A stretch of 64,000 nt of DNA. It comes from Octopus vulgaris. Lineage: Eukaryota. The position numbers and the translations under genes are program-made. The stretch spans positions 87,420,001 through 87,484,000 of the forward strand of contig OX597816.1 of assembly GCA_951406725.2 (NCBI GenBank). The letters run 5' to 3'. Below, in pieces: positions 13,801 to 26,120 of this stretch (position 1 is its first letter; each line of letters starts with the position of its first letter). The notes under the pieces are model-generated. The model did no database searches, had not been told where the DNA came from, and was given only the letters and a program-made list of their open reading frames with translations.

Positions 13801-13920
13801 TTCGAAAGGTAGGCCTTATGAGACACAGCTCATCATCAGGCGGGCCGCACTACTAAAAGAATTCAAAGTAATTTTTCTTTAAGTGTACTATTCCAAAAGT
13901 GCTGCGAGCTGCAGGTTGCT
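13782..13920. mobile_element. hAT-type MITE inserted into a minus-strand family B SINE (about 13715-14190)
   Basis: Starts caggcgtgggcaa (hAT TIR-like), has internal gcgggccgca, ends gcaggttgctc; SINE sequence resumes at agtcgatcaaaccgac. Confidence 0.55.
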
Positions 13921-14207
13921 CAGTCGATCAAACCGACTCTTTTATTGTTTTTCTAAAAAGTTTGTACTTAGTCTATTGGTTTTTCATTTTGTCGAACCGC
14001 ATCAGCACCGGTGTCAAGCGGGAAGAGGCAACCACACACAAATGACAGGATTCCATAGTTTCCACCTGCCAAATTCACCCACAAAGCATTGGTCAGCTAT
14101 AGAAATGCTTGACCAACGTGCCTCGCGATGAGACCTAGTCTGAAAGCGTGTGGTTGCGGAGTGGAATTTTAACCAAAATAGCTATGCTTGAGATTTTTGG
14201 TCTAAAA

Positions 14208-14523
14208 CAGGTGTCGGCGAACCAGAATAAATTACCCCAAGTGGGATAAAAATGAAATTTTGGTGGGTAATGAGAACTCATTAGAAATTAATAAAATCGT
14301 ATTAAATAAAAAAAAAAGCCGTTCCTTGTTACAACAGAAAATCTTCTGCCAACACTGCATCTGTTCAATGTAATGGACGTGTAAATGGATTTATAGAAAT
14401 AGGTTCAGCAAAACTTTTGAATTCAAAGAATCTGTGAGTTTCTTTCTTTCAAATCAAATGGGGGAACGTCGGCGTAGATAAATGTTTTGAGGTAATTGGT
14501 TACAAAAAGGTCCCCGACCCCTG
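14208..14523. mobile_element. hAT (Charlie-like) MITE
   Basis: TIRs caggtgtcggcgaacc / aggtccccgacccctg; 8-bp TSD gtctaaaa (14200-14207) and gtctaaag (14524-14531). Confidence 0.85.
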
Positions 14524-14599
14524 GTCTAAAGCATACGTGTGTATTTGTGCATTAATGTGTATGTGTGTGTACGTATATACTTATATATCTTTAATTTTA

Positions 14600-14927
14600 T
14601 TTGTTGCGGCCATGCTAAGGCATCGTCTTGAAGGGTTTAGTCAAATAAATCAACCGCAGCAATTACTTTTTAAAACCTGGTACTTTCTTCTTCTATAGGC
14701 CTTTTTTTTTTGCCAAACCAGGACGTAAAGAAACCAACAGCGGTAGTGAAGAACACACACATTACACACTTATGGCGGGCTTCTTTCAGTTTCCGTCCAC
14801 CAAGTCCACTCACAAGACTTTGGCCGTCCCGGGGCCATAGTAGAAAACATTTGCCTAAGGTGTCACTCAATGGGACTGAACCCGGAACCACGTAGATAGG
14901 AAGCAAACTCCTTACCACACATTCACA

Positions 14928-14928
<1 letters not shown>
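14600..14928 (-). mobile_element. SINE family B copy
   Basis: gcggccatgc...gggcttctttcagtttccgtc...gggactgaacccggaaccac...cttaccacac. Confidence 0.8.
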
Positions 14929-14985
<57 letters not shown>

Positions 14986-15489
14986 ACATTCATACTTATA
15001 TTCTCATATATATATGAAATGTAATATAATATAATAAAACAAACGACCATTTATATATCGTAGTTCGTAAGTCTCAATTGACCGAAATCTTAGGTGTCTG
15101 CTTTTTCCTCTTGAGAAACGATCCATATGAAGGAACTGGCACCGCTCAGACAGTAAGCGATACTTGTCTCAAGTTCTTTATCCTTCTGTATTATACGGAA
15201 GCCAACCCCGTTTCCTCAACACTTCATCTGGCTGGCTGCCTGCCTTCACCACGAGACGAACAAACCGCATTGTCAAAGGTCGATAGCCAGATCTTTACTA
15301 TTTATTCAACTGGCTATGGTTACTGTTTGTTTTAATTCGTTCTGTTTCTTTATTTATTGTCTCTTGCTTCTCTCTGTTATTGTATCTGTCTATCTTTATA
15401 TCTACATTTTCGTCCTTTCTTTCGACCTCTCGTCCGTCTGTCTTGCCGACTGTCCGTTTTATATTAATTTATCTATACATTCTTTTTTT

Positions 15490-16070
15490 GCTACTTGTTT
15501 TAGTCATTGGACTGCAGCCATTCTGGGCCACTGCCTTGTTGAGTTCAGTTGAAGAAATGGACCCCAGTACTTAAGTATTTTAAGTATTGGGGTCTTATTG
15601 AATCAGACTCTTGCCGAACTGCTAATAACAAACCAACACCCGTTATCAAGCGGTGGTGGACGCACACACACACAATCTCGTTTCAGTCATTAGACTGCGG
15701 CCATGCTGGGTCACCGCCTTGAATTTTTAGTCGCACGAATCGAATCCAGTGCTTATTTTTAAAGCTTGGTACTTATTTTGTTGGTTTTTTCTTTTGCCGA
15801 ACCGCTAACTTACGGGGATGCAAACACACCAACACCGGTTGTCAAGGGGCTGGTGTTGGTGGGGACAAGCACAGACACGAAGACACACACACACATAAAT
15901 ATACATACATGTGTAAATATATTATACGACGGGCTTCTTTTTAGTTTCCGTCTACCAAATCCCACTCACAAGTCTCTTTTTGGTCGGCCCGAGGCTATAG
16001 TAGAAAATACTTGTCCAAGATATCACGCATGTGGTTGGGAAGCAAGCTTGTTACCACACAACCATGCCTG
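15490..16070 (-). mobile_element. Tandem family B SINEs (3' half at 15490-15675 plus near-full copy at 15680-16070)
   Basis: Two successive tttcagtcatt(g/a)gactgc(a/g)gccat 3' ends; explains ORF 15766-16473. Confidence 0.8.
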
Positions 16071-16071
16071 C

Positions 16072-16105
<34 letters not shown>

Positions 16106-17257
16106 CGATACTGATTTACTATCCATCACAATTTATCGTAAGTTTTCTTGTACTCAAGTGTGTTGTGTTGTTCTTCCTTCCTTCCTTCCTATATTTTTCC
16201 CTTTATAAAAAGTATATTCGTCTGTCCATCCCATCCATCACTTTTACACCACCAGTTTGTCTATATTTCTGCATACTTTCTTGTCTCTCGCTGTTTCATG
16301 ACTGTCCGTTTCATAATCATAATTCATTCATTTATATCTATCTCTCTTTCTGTCTAGCTTTTTCACAATCTATCGATCTTTATATCTGTCTCGCTGTTCC
16401 CTTCCAGTCTGCAATAGGTTCATTTAAACAGAAATCAGAACAAATACACAAAATAAAAATACAAGAACAGTAATGTGTATGTACATAGGTTTGTGTGTGT
16501 ATATATGTATATTTGTGCGTGTGTATATATATATGTGTGTATATATATATATTTGTGTGTATACATTTGTACACACACACAAGTTCCTTCGTGATTCAGT
16601 GAGCTTTTTTATAATTAAAGATTTAAATTGCCAACGGAAGAGCTGACTGAAGCATACTCTCTCTCCTTCTCCCCCCTCTCTCTCTTTTTCTCACTCCCCC
16701 CCCCCACACATCCACTGACACTTTAGTTCGTTTTGTATGTGTTTGGGTGTGTGTGTGTATATATACTCGTCAGCCAGCTCTTTCGTTAACGATTCGAATC
16801 TGATTTAAATCTTATATTGATTGATAAAGCTTGTTAAGTCGATGGGGTTTTTCTTTTTCTTTCTCTTTACTGTTGGGGCAGTTATAAATGTGTGCGTGCT
16901 TATTGTTACATACATACATACGTGTGTGAATGCTACTTAATTCAGTTCTGTTCATGCACACGTACATACACATATATATGTAAAGTGGATTCTCCGTCGA
17001 TTTCGGCGTTGAGTATTGCTGCAGTTGCGCGATCAACTGAACCACTTAGTCAATGAATTTTAATATAATTGGCTGACGGAGTACTCCAGACACACATGCT
17101 CGTGCCTTTAAGCATTATTTTCAATCAGAATTATTGTAATGAATTGCGTGTATATGTGTGTGTGTGTGTATGTATGTGGTCCATATCCAGAAAGGATAGA
17201 TGAGTCAAAAAACAAACGTCTGAATTAAGCGGTAAGGCTCTCTATCTCTCATATATA

Positions 17258-17420
17258 GGGAGAATTCACGAAAACAAAAAAAAAAAAACAAAAGACGAAG
17301 ACAGGTGGTGTAGAAAACAAACAGATGTATTAGTATAACGCTCGGGAATTGAAAAAGTCTTTTACGTTTCGAGCCTACGCTCTTCCACAGAAAAGAATAC
17401 AGAAAGAAACAAGGAGAGAA
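17258..17420 (-). mobile_element. Penelope-like 3' fragment with minimal hammerhead-like motif
   Basis: Minus strand tctttt CTGTGGA A GAGC gtag GCTC GAAA cg TA aaaga at 17358-17396; 3' end abuts a TA repeat. Confidence 0.65.
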
Positions 17421-17430
17421 ACAATATATA

Positions 17431-17645
17431 TATTCTTTTACTTGTTTCAGTCATTTGACTGTGGCCATGCTGGAGCACCGCATTTAGTCGAGCAAATCGA
17501 CCCCAGGACTTATTCTTTGTAAGCCTAGTACTTATTCTATCGGTCACTTTTACCGAACTGGTAAGTTACGAGGACGTAAACACACCAGCATCGGTTTTCA
17601 AGCGACGTTGGAAGATAAACACAGACACACAAACATATACACACA

Positions 17646-17685
<40 letters not shown>

Positions 17686-17838
17686 GACGGGCTTCTTTCA
17701 GTTTCTGTCAACCAAACCCCCTCACAAGGCTTTGGTCTGCTCGACGCTATAGTAGAAAACACTTGCTCAGGGTGCCATGCAATGAAACGGAACCTAGAAC
17801 CATGTTGTTGGGAAACAGACTTTTTACCACACATAGCT
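17431..17838 (-). mobile_element. SINE family B, full length
   Basis: Colinear with 2482-2901, including the internal (TA)n. Confidence 0.9.
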
Positions 17839-18119
17839 AGATAGAGCGCTAGCCTTTTGAACTACGTATTTAGTCCATTCGGTCGACTCCCACATAACCT
17901 CTGCCAAACACGATTTCTCTCCCTTGTCTTCGGTCCACAGATTTTCGTTGTTGGTGTTCTTACTGCACCGTATTGCACACTCATGAAGTGCAGTGTAACA
18001 GTCGAGAGATTATTTATGTACTCACATACGTACAGGTTAAAACCCCACCCAAAAAAACTAGTCTTCTTTGTTGATAATGTCCTTGATATTCAACAGATTA
18101 AAGGTAGTAGCATCTAAAC

Positions 18120-18442
18120 CAGGGGTTCTCAACCATTTTTTCTTTTTTAACCTATGGATCCCTTTGATTGCTATTTTATTCCAGTGGACCCTCATCGCCA
18201 TTCGATATTGAAAAATTAGCTTGTTTAGATGCTCTGAAATTCCTATTTTATTTTTCACACATTGTGTTCGTTGAACTACGTGAAATGCTAGAGAAAGAAA
18301 CCTGGTGGTTTCTTGCAATACATACATCTAAAACCAAATTCTTTTCAGGGGCTCTTCAAATACTATTGTGGATCTCAATTTACTGTTTTGTTGCATGTCC
18401 ACCCCACCCCCATCTTATGTGGATCCCAGATGAGAAACACTG
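18120..18442. mobile_element. hAT (Charlie-like) MITE
   Basis: TIRs caggggttctcaacc / gatgagaaacactg; perfect 8-bp TSD atctaaac (18112-18119 and 18443-18450); related to the copies at 36277 and 59797. Confidence 0.9.
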
Positions 18443-18456
18443 ATCTAAACACTGTA

Positions 18457-18788
18457 CCGGCATACCTCAACTTACGTCATTTCGAGTTACGTTTTCATCG
18501 ACTTTACGTCGTTGCATTAAGACTTTAATAGGAAAAATAAACCTCATTCTCAGTCGATTTATCCGATTTTATGTCGGTCTCGGGGGACATCTTTAAAAAG
18601 CATAGAATAAAAAAAAAAAACTACCTAAAAAGCCAATACTGAAGTGAAAAATCAAATAAAATGCACGTGAAAATACATGCAAACCAATTACTTAAGAAAG
18701 ATATTAACAAATAAGGTTTTAAAATGTTTTTCCGTGTTAAGTCGCATTGTATTGGAACTAATAACCGACGTATGTTGAAGTATGCCTG
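18457..18788. mobile_element. Tigger/pogo-type MITE
   Basis: TA|ccggcatacctcaacttacgtc ... gacgtatgttgaagtatgcctg|TA: 22-bp imperfect TIRs with TA TSD. Confidence 0.85.
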
Positions 18789-20810
18789 TATTTCGTATTC
18801 GATGTATTTATTAACTTGCTGTCTTGAACTGTGTATAATAGCGTCTTTGGTTTTGAGGTTTACAATAGACCAATCACTGGTTCATTTCATTTCGACGGCG
18901 AGACCAGCAAGGGAGTGTATGAAACTCGGAAGAGAACAAACGTTGCAAATGACTTCGAAGAGTGCAAACTTTTCGATTTTCTTGCCGATGATTGTTTGCG
19001 TCCGCCCCACCCCACCTTCGTTTTACATACAGACTACTTACATTTCTTACATATATATGCAAAGCGAGAGGTGCATTGCCTAACATGTAAATGAACACAA
19101 ATGACAAATCTGCATGTAATTTGATATAAAATTCTTCGTTTTTAATGAGAGAAAGCTAAGAAAAACAGTACTTGCATACATTTGCTAACTGTACCCTACT
19201 TCAACTACATAGTTTTGATTTTATTAATAAGTATACCAATATTCGCCCTCTGACTGATTATGTCTGTGTTGAGATACATTTTGTGTTGATATATGTTTCG
19301 TGATATTTTCTGCAAACAGTATTTGAGCTCTGGTGCAACTGTGCTCAAATTTCGCCGAGGTCAGCTTGGCGTTTTACCCTTTCCGGGAAGGGAAAAGTAA
19401 CAGCCAGTTCTCTCCCTCTGTCTCGTCTGCGTTATACTGTAACAACTATTATTAGGGACTATTCTCAAAATTCATTTCTTCTAAAGCCGTCCAGGAACCG
19501 ACCGATGTGCAGTACAAAATAGGAATAAAGAAGTTATAATTTCATGTGTCTTTCTTTGTTAGATTTTGAATGTGTTTGTTTATAGTTTGTCTATTTAGAT
19601 TTTATGTTTAGTGTTTGAAAAAATATTTTTTTGTATCGTTTGCTCTCCTATGAAGATACGTGTAGTTAATATATACACAACACGACATACAAAAGCGCAT
19701 CATATGTAACTAAACCTAATGCTGAAGAGATAACGAAATAACTAATACACACGTGACTGATTAATTCTAGTTTCCACAGAAACGAGACAAAAATATTTCA
19801 TTACATTTAAAGTTAAAAAGAATATTTTTAAATGCTTCGTATTGTTTTTTTTTTCTTTTTTACTACGATTTAAAAGAATGTATCTTTTAAAATACTTCAA
19901 ACACCAAAAATTTTAACTCTGCACCAATTAGAGATTGTCTGGATACATACTGGCTTTATATATAATAATACAAATCATATATATATATATATATATACAT
20001 ACACGCACATCCACATGCAATATATACATGCACACGTAGGCACAGGACGCCACGAAACGTGCACAACAAAAAAGTACGAAGCACGACCACATGGAACATG
20101 AACTACACTTTCGAACAACGAAAGACACAAATAGAAAACGCCCCCCCCCCATCAGCCGTTTCTCTAGGCCCGCACCTCGAGCACTTAAAAACAATATACG
20201 CTTTCGATAAAACAGTTGCTCCCGCAATATTTTAATAATATTTGCGCATATGTGCAAACTTACCTTGTGTTACAAAAGGATTGCGTTCCTGATTCCCTTG
20301 GCACGAAACCTATTTTCCCATTGTCTTCTTTGTTATATAAATTGCGATGCGCTCCTTACGGAACTTTTCCGGAATAAATTATAAACTAATATAACCATTT
20401 TTCTGTTTGAAAATAAGCATTTTTAAACACACGAGGTGCGATACAACATACATTAAGCAAAAAAGCCACATTTGAAAAGAAATACAATAGGAGACAAATA
20501 TAATCTTTTAGCTTCCGTATGATTGACCATCGTTTTTGTTGGCACATTAATGCCCACTCTAATCCTCAGTCGAGTACTGTTGCATTTATGAAAAAATAAT
20601 GTCTGGCCAGTTTAATGGACCAGCTGTTTCAACGTTTGATGTAATTTTATCTTTGTTGTCACATTCGTTTTCCACTGTAAACGTTGCAAGCTTTAAATGT
20701 TTTTGCAATATGGCTGAATTTTTTTCTCCTGCATCAACAGACCTTTTGTAAAACTTAAAGTTTAACGTTCGCCTAATCCCTTCACAATTCTTTTGCGTAC
20801 AACTGCTTTC

Positions 20811-20852
<42 letters not shown>

Positions 20853-21465
20853 TTGATGACATCTTTCTAGTCATATTGGAAAGGTTAATGCAATTCCCTG
20901 TGCTGTATAATTGTTAAAAGAAGTTAAATCAAACAGTGGCGGCGATAGGCAATAAACACACATTGCTGTGAAGATGGACAGTAATAATAGACACCAAATA
21001 AATATTATTTCTAATATTGATAATTCTTTCCACATATATTGGCTTTAAGTTCACGTATCAAATAATGCCTCCCAGTATTTCGACTCTGCGTTCTTTGTTC
21101 AAATCCCACTACAGTCAACTTTGCCTTTCGTCTTTTCGGAGAAAAGAAAAAAAAAATACCAACCCAGGGTGAGGGATTGGCAGAATTGGAAGAACGGTAG
21201 ACTAGGTGCCTTGCGATATTTGTGTTTGTGTGCGTTTTGAGTTCAAATCCTGCCGTGACTGACAATACTTCTTTGGTGCCTTTTGCAGAGTCCACTTTAT
21301 TGTAAACCTTTCAGGTCAGGTCTTTGGTTTGAGGTATATTTCTCCCTCTCGCCAGTCTTGGACAGCATCTCAAGAACCATAAGGCATTGCTTTATCTCCT
21401 GATGAAAAAACACACAGACAAAACGAACGGCATGCAATATTTTATTATTATACTAAATAAATGAA

Positions 21466-21660
21466 GCACGCCGGAACAAAATGCTTAGCGGCATTTCGTT
21501 TATCCTTGCGCTCTTAGTTCAAATCCTGCCGAAGTCGACTTTGCCTTTCATCCTTTTAGGGTCGATAAAATAAGTACCAGTTGAGCACTGGGATCGATGT
21601 AATCGTCCAGCTATCCCCTCTAAAATATTTCAGGTCTTTGTGCCTATAGTGGAAAGAATT
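21466..21660 (+). mobile_element. SINE family A (tRNA head plus GCCTTTCATCCTTTCGGGGTCGATAAA..AAGTACCAG core)
   Basis: gcacgccgg...aaatgcttagcggcatttcg...agttcaaatcctgccgaagtcgactttgcctttcatcc. Other degenerate copies at about 4240-4416(-), 8050-8140, 9735-9880, 21060-21280, 38000-38090, 42530-42700, 43880-44040 and 54430-54620(-). Confidence 0.85.
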
Positions 21661-22256
21661 ATAATACCAAATAAACCATAAAACATCAGTGTGAAAGTGT
21701 TAGTGAACGAGAGACGGTAATTGCTAAGATTAAGTTACAAAGAGTTTTTTTTTTTCTGTACTACGTATGAACAACAATGACATAATGCGCGCCATACGAA
21801 AAAGAGGCACATACGATGGTGCAACTAACACAGGTTGCCTGTGCTTACTTTATTTTTCATTGTCGCTTGGCATCCTTAAAAAAAAAAATATCAAAATAGG
21901 ATTAAATTACAAGAAAGAAAACAAAAACAATAAAGCGTAGGTTTCTATATTTAGAAGCAAAGTTTCAACTATCTCGACAAATCAAAATCTCAATTTGGTA
22001 ATACTGATAGGAAAGAGAAAATCAATTCTTTAAAAAAAAAAAAAAAAAATTGATTGATAAGTGACGATCGATCATAAAACTTCCTAGATTATGAGGAAAA
22101 TGGGGTCTGGGGGGAAAAAAAATTTAGAAAAATAAACTGATTGTGTAATTCGCAAGGATAGCAAGCTGCACGGTGTAAGCGATCTGATATTGATTGTTAA
22201 ATAGTTTAGAGAAAGGGCTACGAGAGAAGTACAGCTAGAAATGTGAAACAACCCAA

Positions 22257-22560
22257 TCTAAACAAGAGCACTCAGAGAGCGCGACACCAACGTAGCCAGA
22301 GATGATTTTTAAAACGAGAATATCTGAAATAAACTCGTCTGCTCTCACAAAGGAAAATACTAAAAATGAACCCCCATCGCTCTCAAAAATTAAATAAAAA
22401 AAAAGATCAGAAAAATAATCCAGAATCCTCGTGCCAGTTACGAGGCCAAACATCCCTGAAAGTTTCGTCCGAATCCATCCAGCTGGTCTTCAGATATCTT
22501 GTCCACGAACAAACATGACTGAAAATAATACCTCCGCCTTCCCTAAGGCGGAGGTAATAA
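22257..22560 (-). mobile_element. Helentron-associated (HINE/DINE-1-like) non-autonomous element
   Basis: Minus strand begins ttattacctccgcc-ttagggaa-ggcggaggta (terminal inverted motif) and ends gcgctctctgagtgctcttgtttag. Classification from recalled architecture. Confidence 0.5.
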
Positions 22561-22576
22561 CCACTTTTCAAAATAC

Positions 22577-22882
22577 AGGTCGATTTTGCCTTTCATCCAC
22601 TTGGGGTCGATAAATTAAGTACCAGTTACGCACTGGGGTCGATATAATCGACTTAATCCCTTTGTCTGTCCCCTCTGTGTTTAGCCCCTTGTGGGTAATA
22701 AAGAAATAAATACTTCGCGGTATTTCTTCTGGTTCTTTATGTTCTGAGTTCAAAGTTCGCCGAGGTCGACTTCTTTGCTTTTTCATCTTTTCAAGGTCGA
22801 TAAAATAAGTACCAGTTGAACACTGGAGTCGATGTAATTGACTTAGACCTTCGCTCTAAAATTGCTCACCTTGTGCCAAAAT
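22577..22882 (+). mobile_element. Two nested or tandem family A SINE pieces
   Basis: A 5'-truncated copy with tail agccccttgtgggtaataaagaaata is followed by a second copy starting at aatacttcgcggtatttc. Confidence 0.8.
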
Positions 22883-22939
22883 TATCTTAAAATATTATAA
22901 AAGAATTAATTGCTAATGTCTATCCGTTTGAAGAATGAC

Positions 22940-23130
22940 TGCGCGTGGCTTAGTGGTTAGAGGTTCTGTGCTCAACGCTCTCAAACCTGGCTTCGACACA
23001 CCGTGATAGCAACACACCGTGATAGCAACCGTCGATTTGATGGAGGCAATGAACTGAATGAAGTACAGCGCAAACATTTGATCACCATAAACAAATCACC
23101 CGTACAAGTTGTTCTGCAAGAATTTGCGGG
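22940..23130 (+). mobile_element. SINE family C variant (tRNA head)
   Basis: gcgcgtggcttagtggttagag A box; body caaacatttgatcac..taaacaaatc is shared with 45965-46205(-); internal tandem duplication acacaccgtgatagca. Confidence 0.6.
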
Positions 23131-24088
23131 ACTCTTGTCTGTCGTCTGCGACATGATAGTCTAATGCAATGCATTACCAGGCACCTATTCGAGACGGGGA
23201 AAAAATATATACATATGAAAAAAAAAAAAAAAAAGGTAAGAAGCCAACTAAAAGGAAAAGTGTTCTGTTTCAAAATGTGAAGTTAGCTTATAAAATGTTT
23301 AATGTGAACTACTTATAAAATAATTTTTTTAAAAATTTATTTTCGCTTTCAGAATTTAGGTTTCATCTCTGCTCTTCATTTCCTTCTCTCAATCCGCTTT
23401 ATTTTCTGTGTTTTAATTTGATATTTTTTGTTGTCGTCTTTCCTGTTAATTATTCAACAGCGGAAATCTGGAAGGCGACATGCCAAAAACATAAAAAGAA
23501 ATAAAATAAAATAATGAAAAATTAAATATAAAAAATAAATGAACTGAAAAGATAAATGGAAAGTGTGATGTGTGGGGGGAAAAAAATGCAGGTTTGTGCG
23601 TTAGTCAACCAAACACCAACCTGTTAATGACTCAAACCAAACAGAAATACCAAGAAGAAAGAGAGAGAGAAGGGTGGTGTCATGTCTCGTATATTTCGTG
23701 CTGGTCAAACTATTTTTGTCACTGTCCGTGTTTAACGGTGCAATTTAGTGAATGAAGAAATTAAGTACTGCGGTTGGTTGGTTAATTATTATTATCATTA
23801 TTATTAGATACGAGACTGAAAGAGTGGGAGGAGGAATGTCAGGACCAAATATTAAGAAATGAGCAAAAGTTATGGTTGAATGAACAATTTATAGAAAGTT
23901 ACGATTATTTTAAAAATCATAAATACTCGTAGGAGATAAAAGGAGAAAGAATCTTGAAGAAAGTCTGTCAGATTATTATTATTATTATTACTTTTGTTTT
24001 TGTTTCTTTCTGGAACTACAGCAAATGTATGTATTAAGTTCTGTCTGTGCCGTAACGACTCTAGAAATGCATAGGCGCTACGATAAAT

Positions 24089-24522
24089 ACGGCGAGCTGG
24101 AAGAATCGCTAGCACGCCGGACGAAATGCATAGCGGCATTTCGTCCGTCTTTATGTTCTGCCTTCAAATCTGCCGAGGTCAGCTTTGGCTTTCATCCTTT
24201 CAGGCTCAATAAAATAAGTTCTATTCAAGTGCTGGGGTCAGCGTAATCGATTAGACTCCAACCCACAAAATTTCAGGCCTTGATAGAAAAAAATTATCAT
24301 TAAGGCGGGGGAGCTGGCAGAATCGTTAGCATACCGGACAAAATACTTAACAGCATTTCGACCGTCTTAATGTTCTGGGTTCAAATTCCGCCGAGGTCGA
24401 TTTTGGATTTCATCTTTTGGCGTCGATGAATTAAGTACCTACTGAGCACTGCTGGAATCGAGGTAATCGACTTATCCACTTCTCTGAAATTGCTGGCCTT
24501 GTGCCAAGATTTGAAACCATTA
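24089..24522 (+). mobile_element. Two tandem family A SINEs
   Basis: Heads ggcgagctggaagaatcg (24091) and ggggagctggcagaatcg (about 24308), each followed by the core and a tail. Confidence 0.88.
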
Positions 24523-24839
24523 TTAAATCTCTCGGGTGTGAAAGTCGTCCCAACGAAAGCTAATAAAGTAAAAACGAATACATATGATTTTAATGATTAT
24601 GGTAACCCAACTAACAAGGTAATTATTATTTTTTTTTTGTTTGTCATTACCGCTGTCTCTCAGATTAAGTCACCTGCCCACTAAATCACAATTCCAGAAC
24701 TGAAATGACCGAGGTCTATTAAGACCAGTAAGGACAGAATGACGTCCGTTGGCTTAAAACCACCCCAAATCAACTCCGATTTTATTGTATAACTTTGATA
24801 GGTTTCGGCCAGTATAACTTGATAGCACCACCTGGCGAT

Positions 24840-25190
24840 GTCTTTTAGTCACATATGGGGCACCATGGCCCACTCTAGCAAAGAGTTATTGTTGGAGACT
24901 TATCCGGGTGTAGGAGGTTGGTCCAAGTTTTTTTGAAGAAATTTATCCATTGAACTTTTGAATTTTATGGGATCAGTTTCCATTTTGACATATTTTGGTA
25001 TGGTATTAAAAAGAGCTGGCCCGGCTGAGGTAAAATAGTTGTGGCGTAATGTTATGTGTCCTGAGTTCGATTTTTGTAGTGGGCGGATATAGCTCGGGAC
25101 GAAGTCTTGGGTGGATCTTAAAATTGATGCCAACATTTGTGCAATATTGATGGAATATTTTCCACATCACACAAATGATGTAGCTGCTTT
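24840..25190 (-). mobile_element. CR1/L2-group LINE ORF2 C-terminal remnant
   Basis: YIICVMWKIFHQYCTN, then FTSAGPALFNTIPKYVKMETDPIKFKSSMDKFLQKNLDQPPTPG, matching the typical GP.LFN.LP...FK..LD.FL..IPDQP end of CR1-like ORF2. Confidence 0.8.
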
Positions 25191-26048
25191 TTCCCTCTTA
25201 GTAAGGCACAAATACGGTTAACGGCGTTGATGTTCTTTCCTAAGAGTATTTATTAGCAAGCTGTAAGGAAGTGAGATGACTTGTACCAAAATTCGAAAAG
25301 TAATTCGTCGTGTCGCCGCCTCTCAGCTCGTTTACCTTCTGCTTTATCTATCCTACATCAAGCATCCTTCATTGCCATCCGTCTATATAATATATTGGCT
25401 TCAGATGTTATCACTTATCACTCCTAATTCCTTAATGCCTTTTTAATAATCTTTTCTGCCTTTATAGCTTACTACTTCCACTCATTCACTCACTCATTTC
25501 ATTGGCGGGTCGGTCGGCCGGAAACTGAATGTGTGTGTTGTGATGCTGGTTTGTTATCATTCTTTTCTCTGTATATGTGCGACTACAATGATATACCAGT
25601 GTCACACACACACACAGAAAAAGAACACACGGACACACACATTATACTTAGCATGTGTGTACGTTATCCGTTCTGATCGAGATGATTTCGATCGAATAAA
25701 GACAAGATATTGAGTCTCTCTCTCTCTGTGATGCTGTTTTCCAGTCTGTGTATATAAAACTGATATTTAATCCACTAAAAATCTTTTTCCTGTATACTTA
25801 ATAAGAGTCCAGAACCAACGCCAAGACAGCTTGGCGCCTTCCTCTATTCATCTCTGGTTTCAGCCAATTGACCACGACGGCCGAATCGCCAAATTTATTT
25901 CGTATAGTATATTAGAAACTGACTTTTCTTTGTTTTTTTTTAATTTCTTTCTCTTTTCTTTTTTTTTTTTTTTCTAGTATTTGCGATTTCTTACTTAAAT
26001 ACGAGTATCTTCAACGTGAAAACGGTAAAGTCTCGCATATATAGGGTA

Positions 26049-26120
26049 CAGCGGCCCCAAAACTTTGTCCACTACAGACCAGTTTCATGCGAGACGAATT
26101 TTTTTATTGACCGGAGCATC
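26049..26120 (+). mobile_element. hAT-Charlie (MER1-like) terminal fragment
   Basis: cagcggccccaaaactttgtccactacagaccagtttcatg resembles the recalled MER1-type left end; no right end found. Confidence 0.4.

Noticed and set aside
13825-13850. CTGATGA on the minus strand as a hammerhead core (also 3553-3562)
   Set aside because: Lies inside a hAT-type MITE and lacks a properly placed stem II-GAAA-UH arrangement.
15766-16473. Longest ORF (235 aa)
   Set aside because: Runs through an antisense family B SINE and a (CA)n tract; non-ATG start and no domain motifs.
22997-23029. Direct repeat acacaccgtgatagca as a CRISPR-like unit
   Set aside because: Only two abutting copies with no spacer, inside a SINE in eukaryotic DNA.
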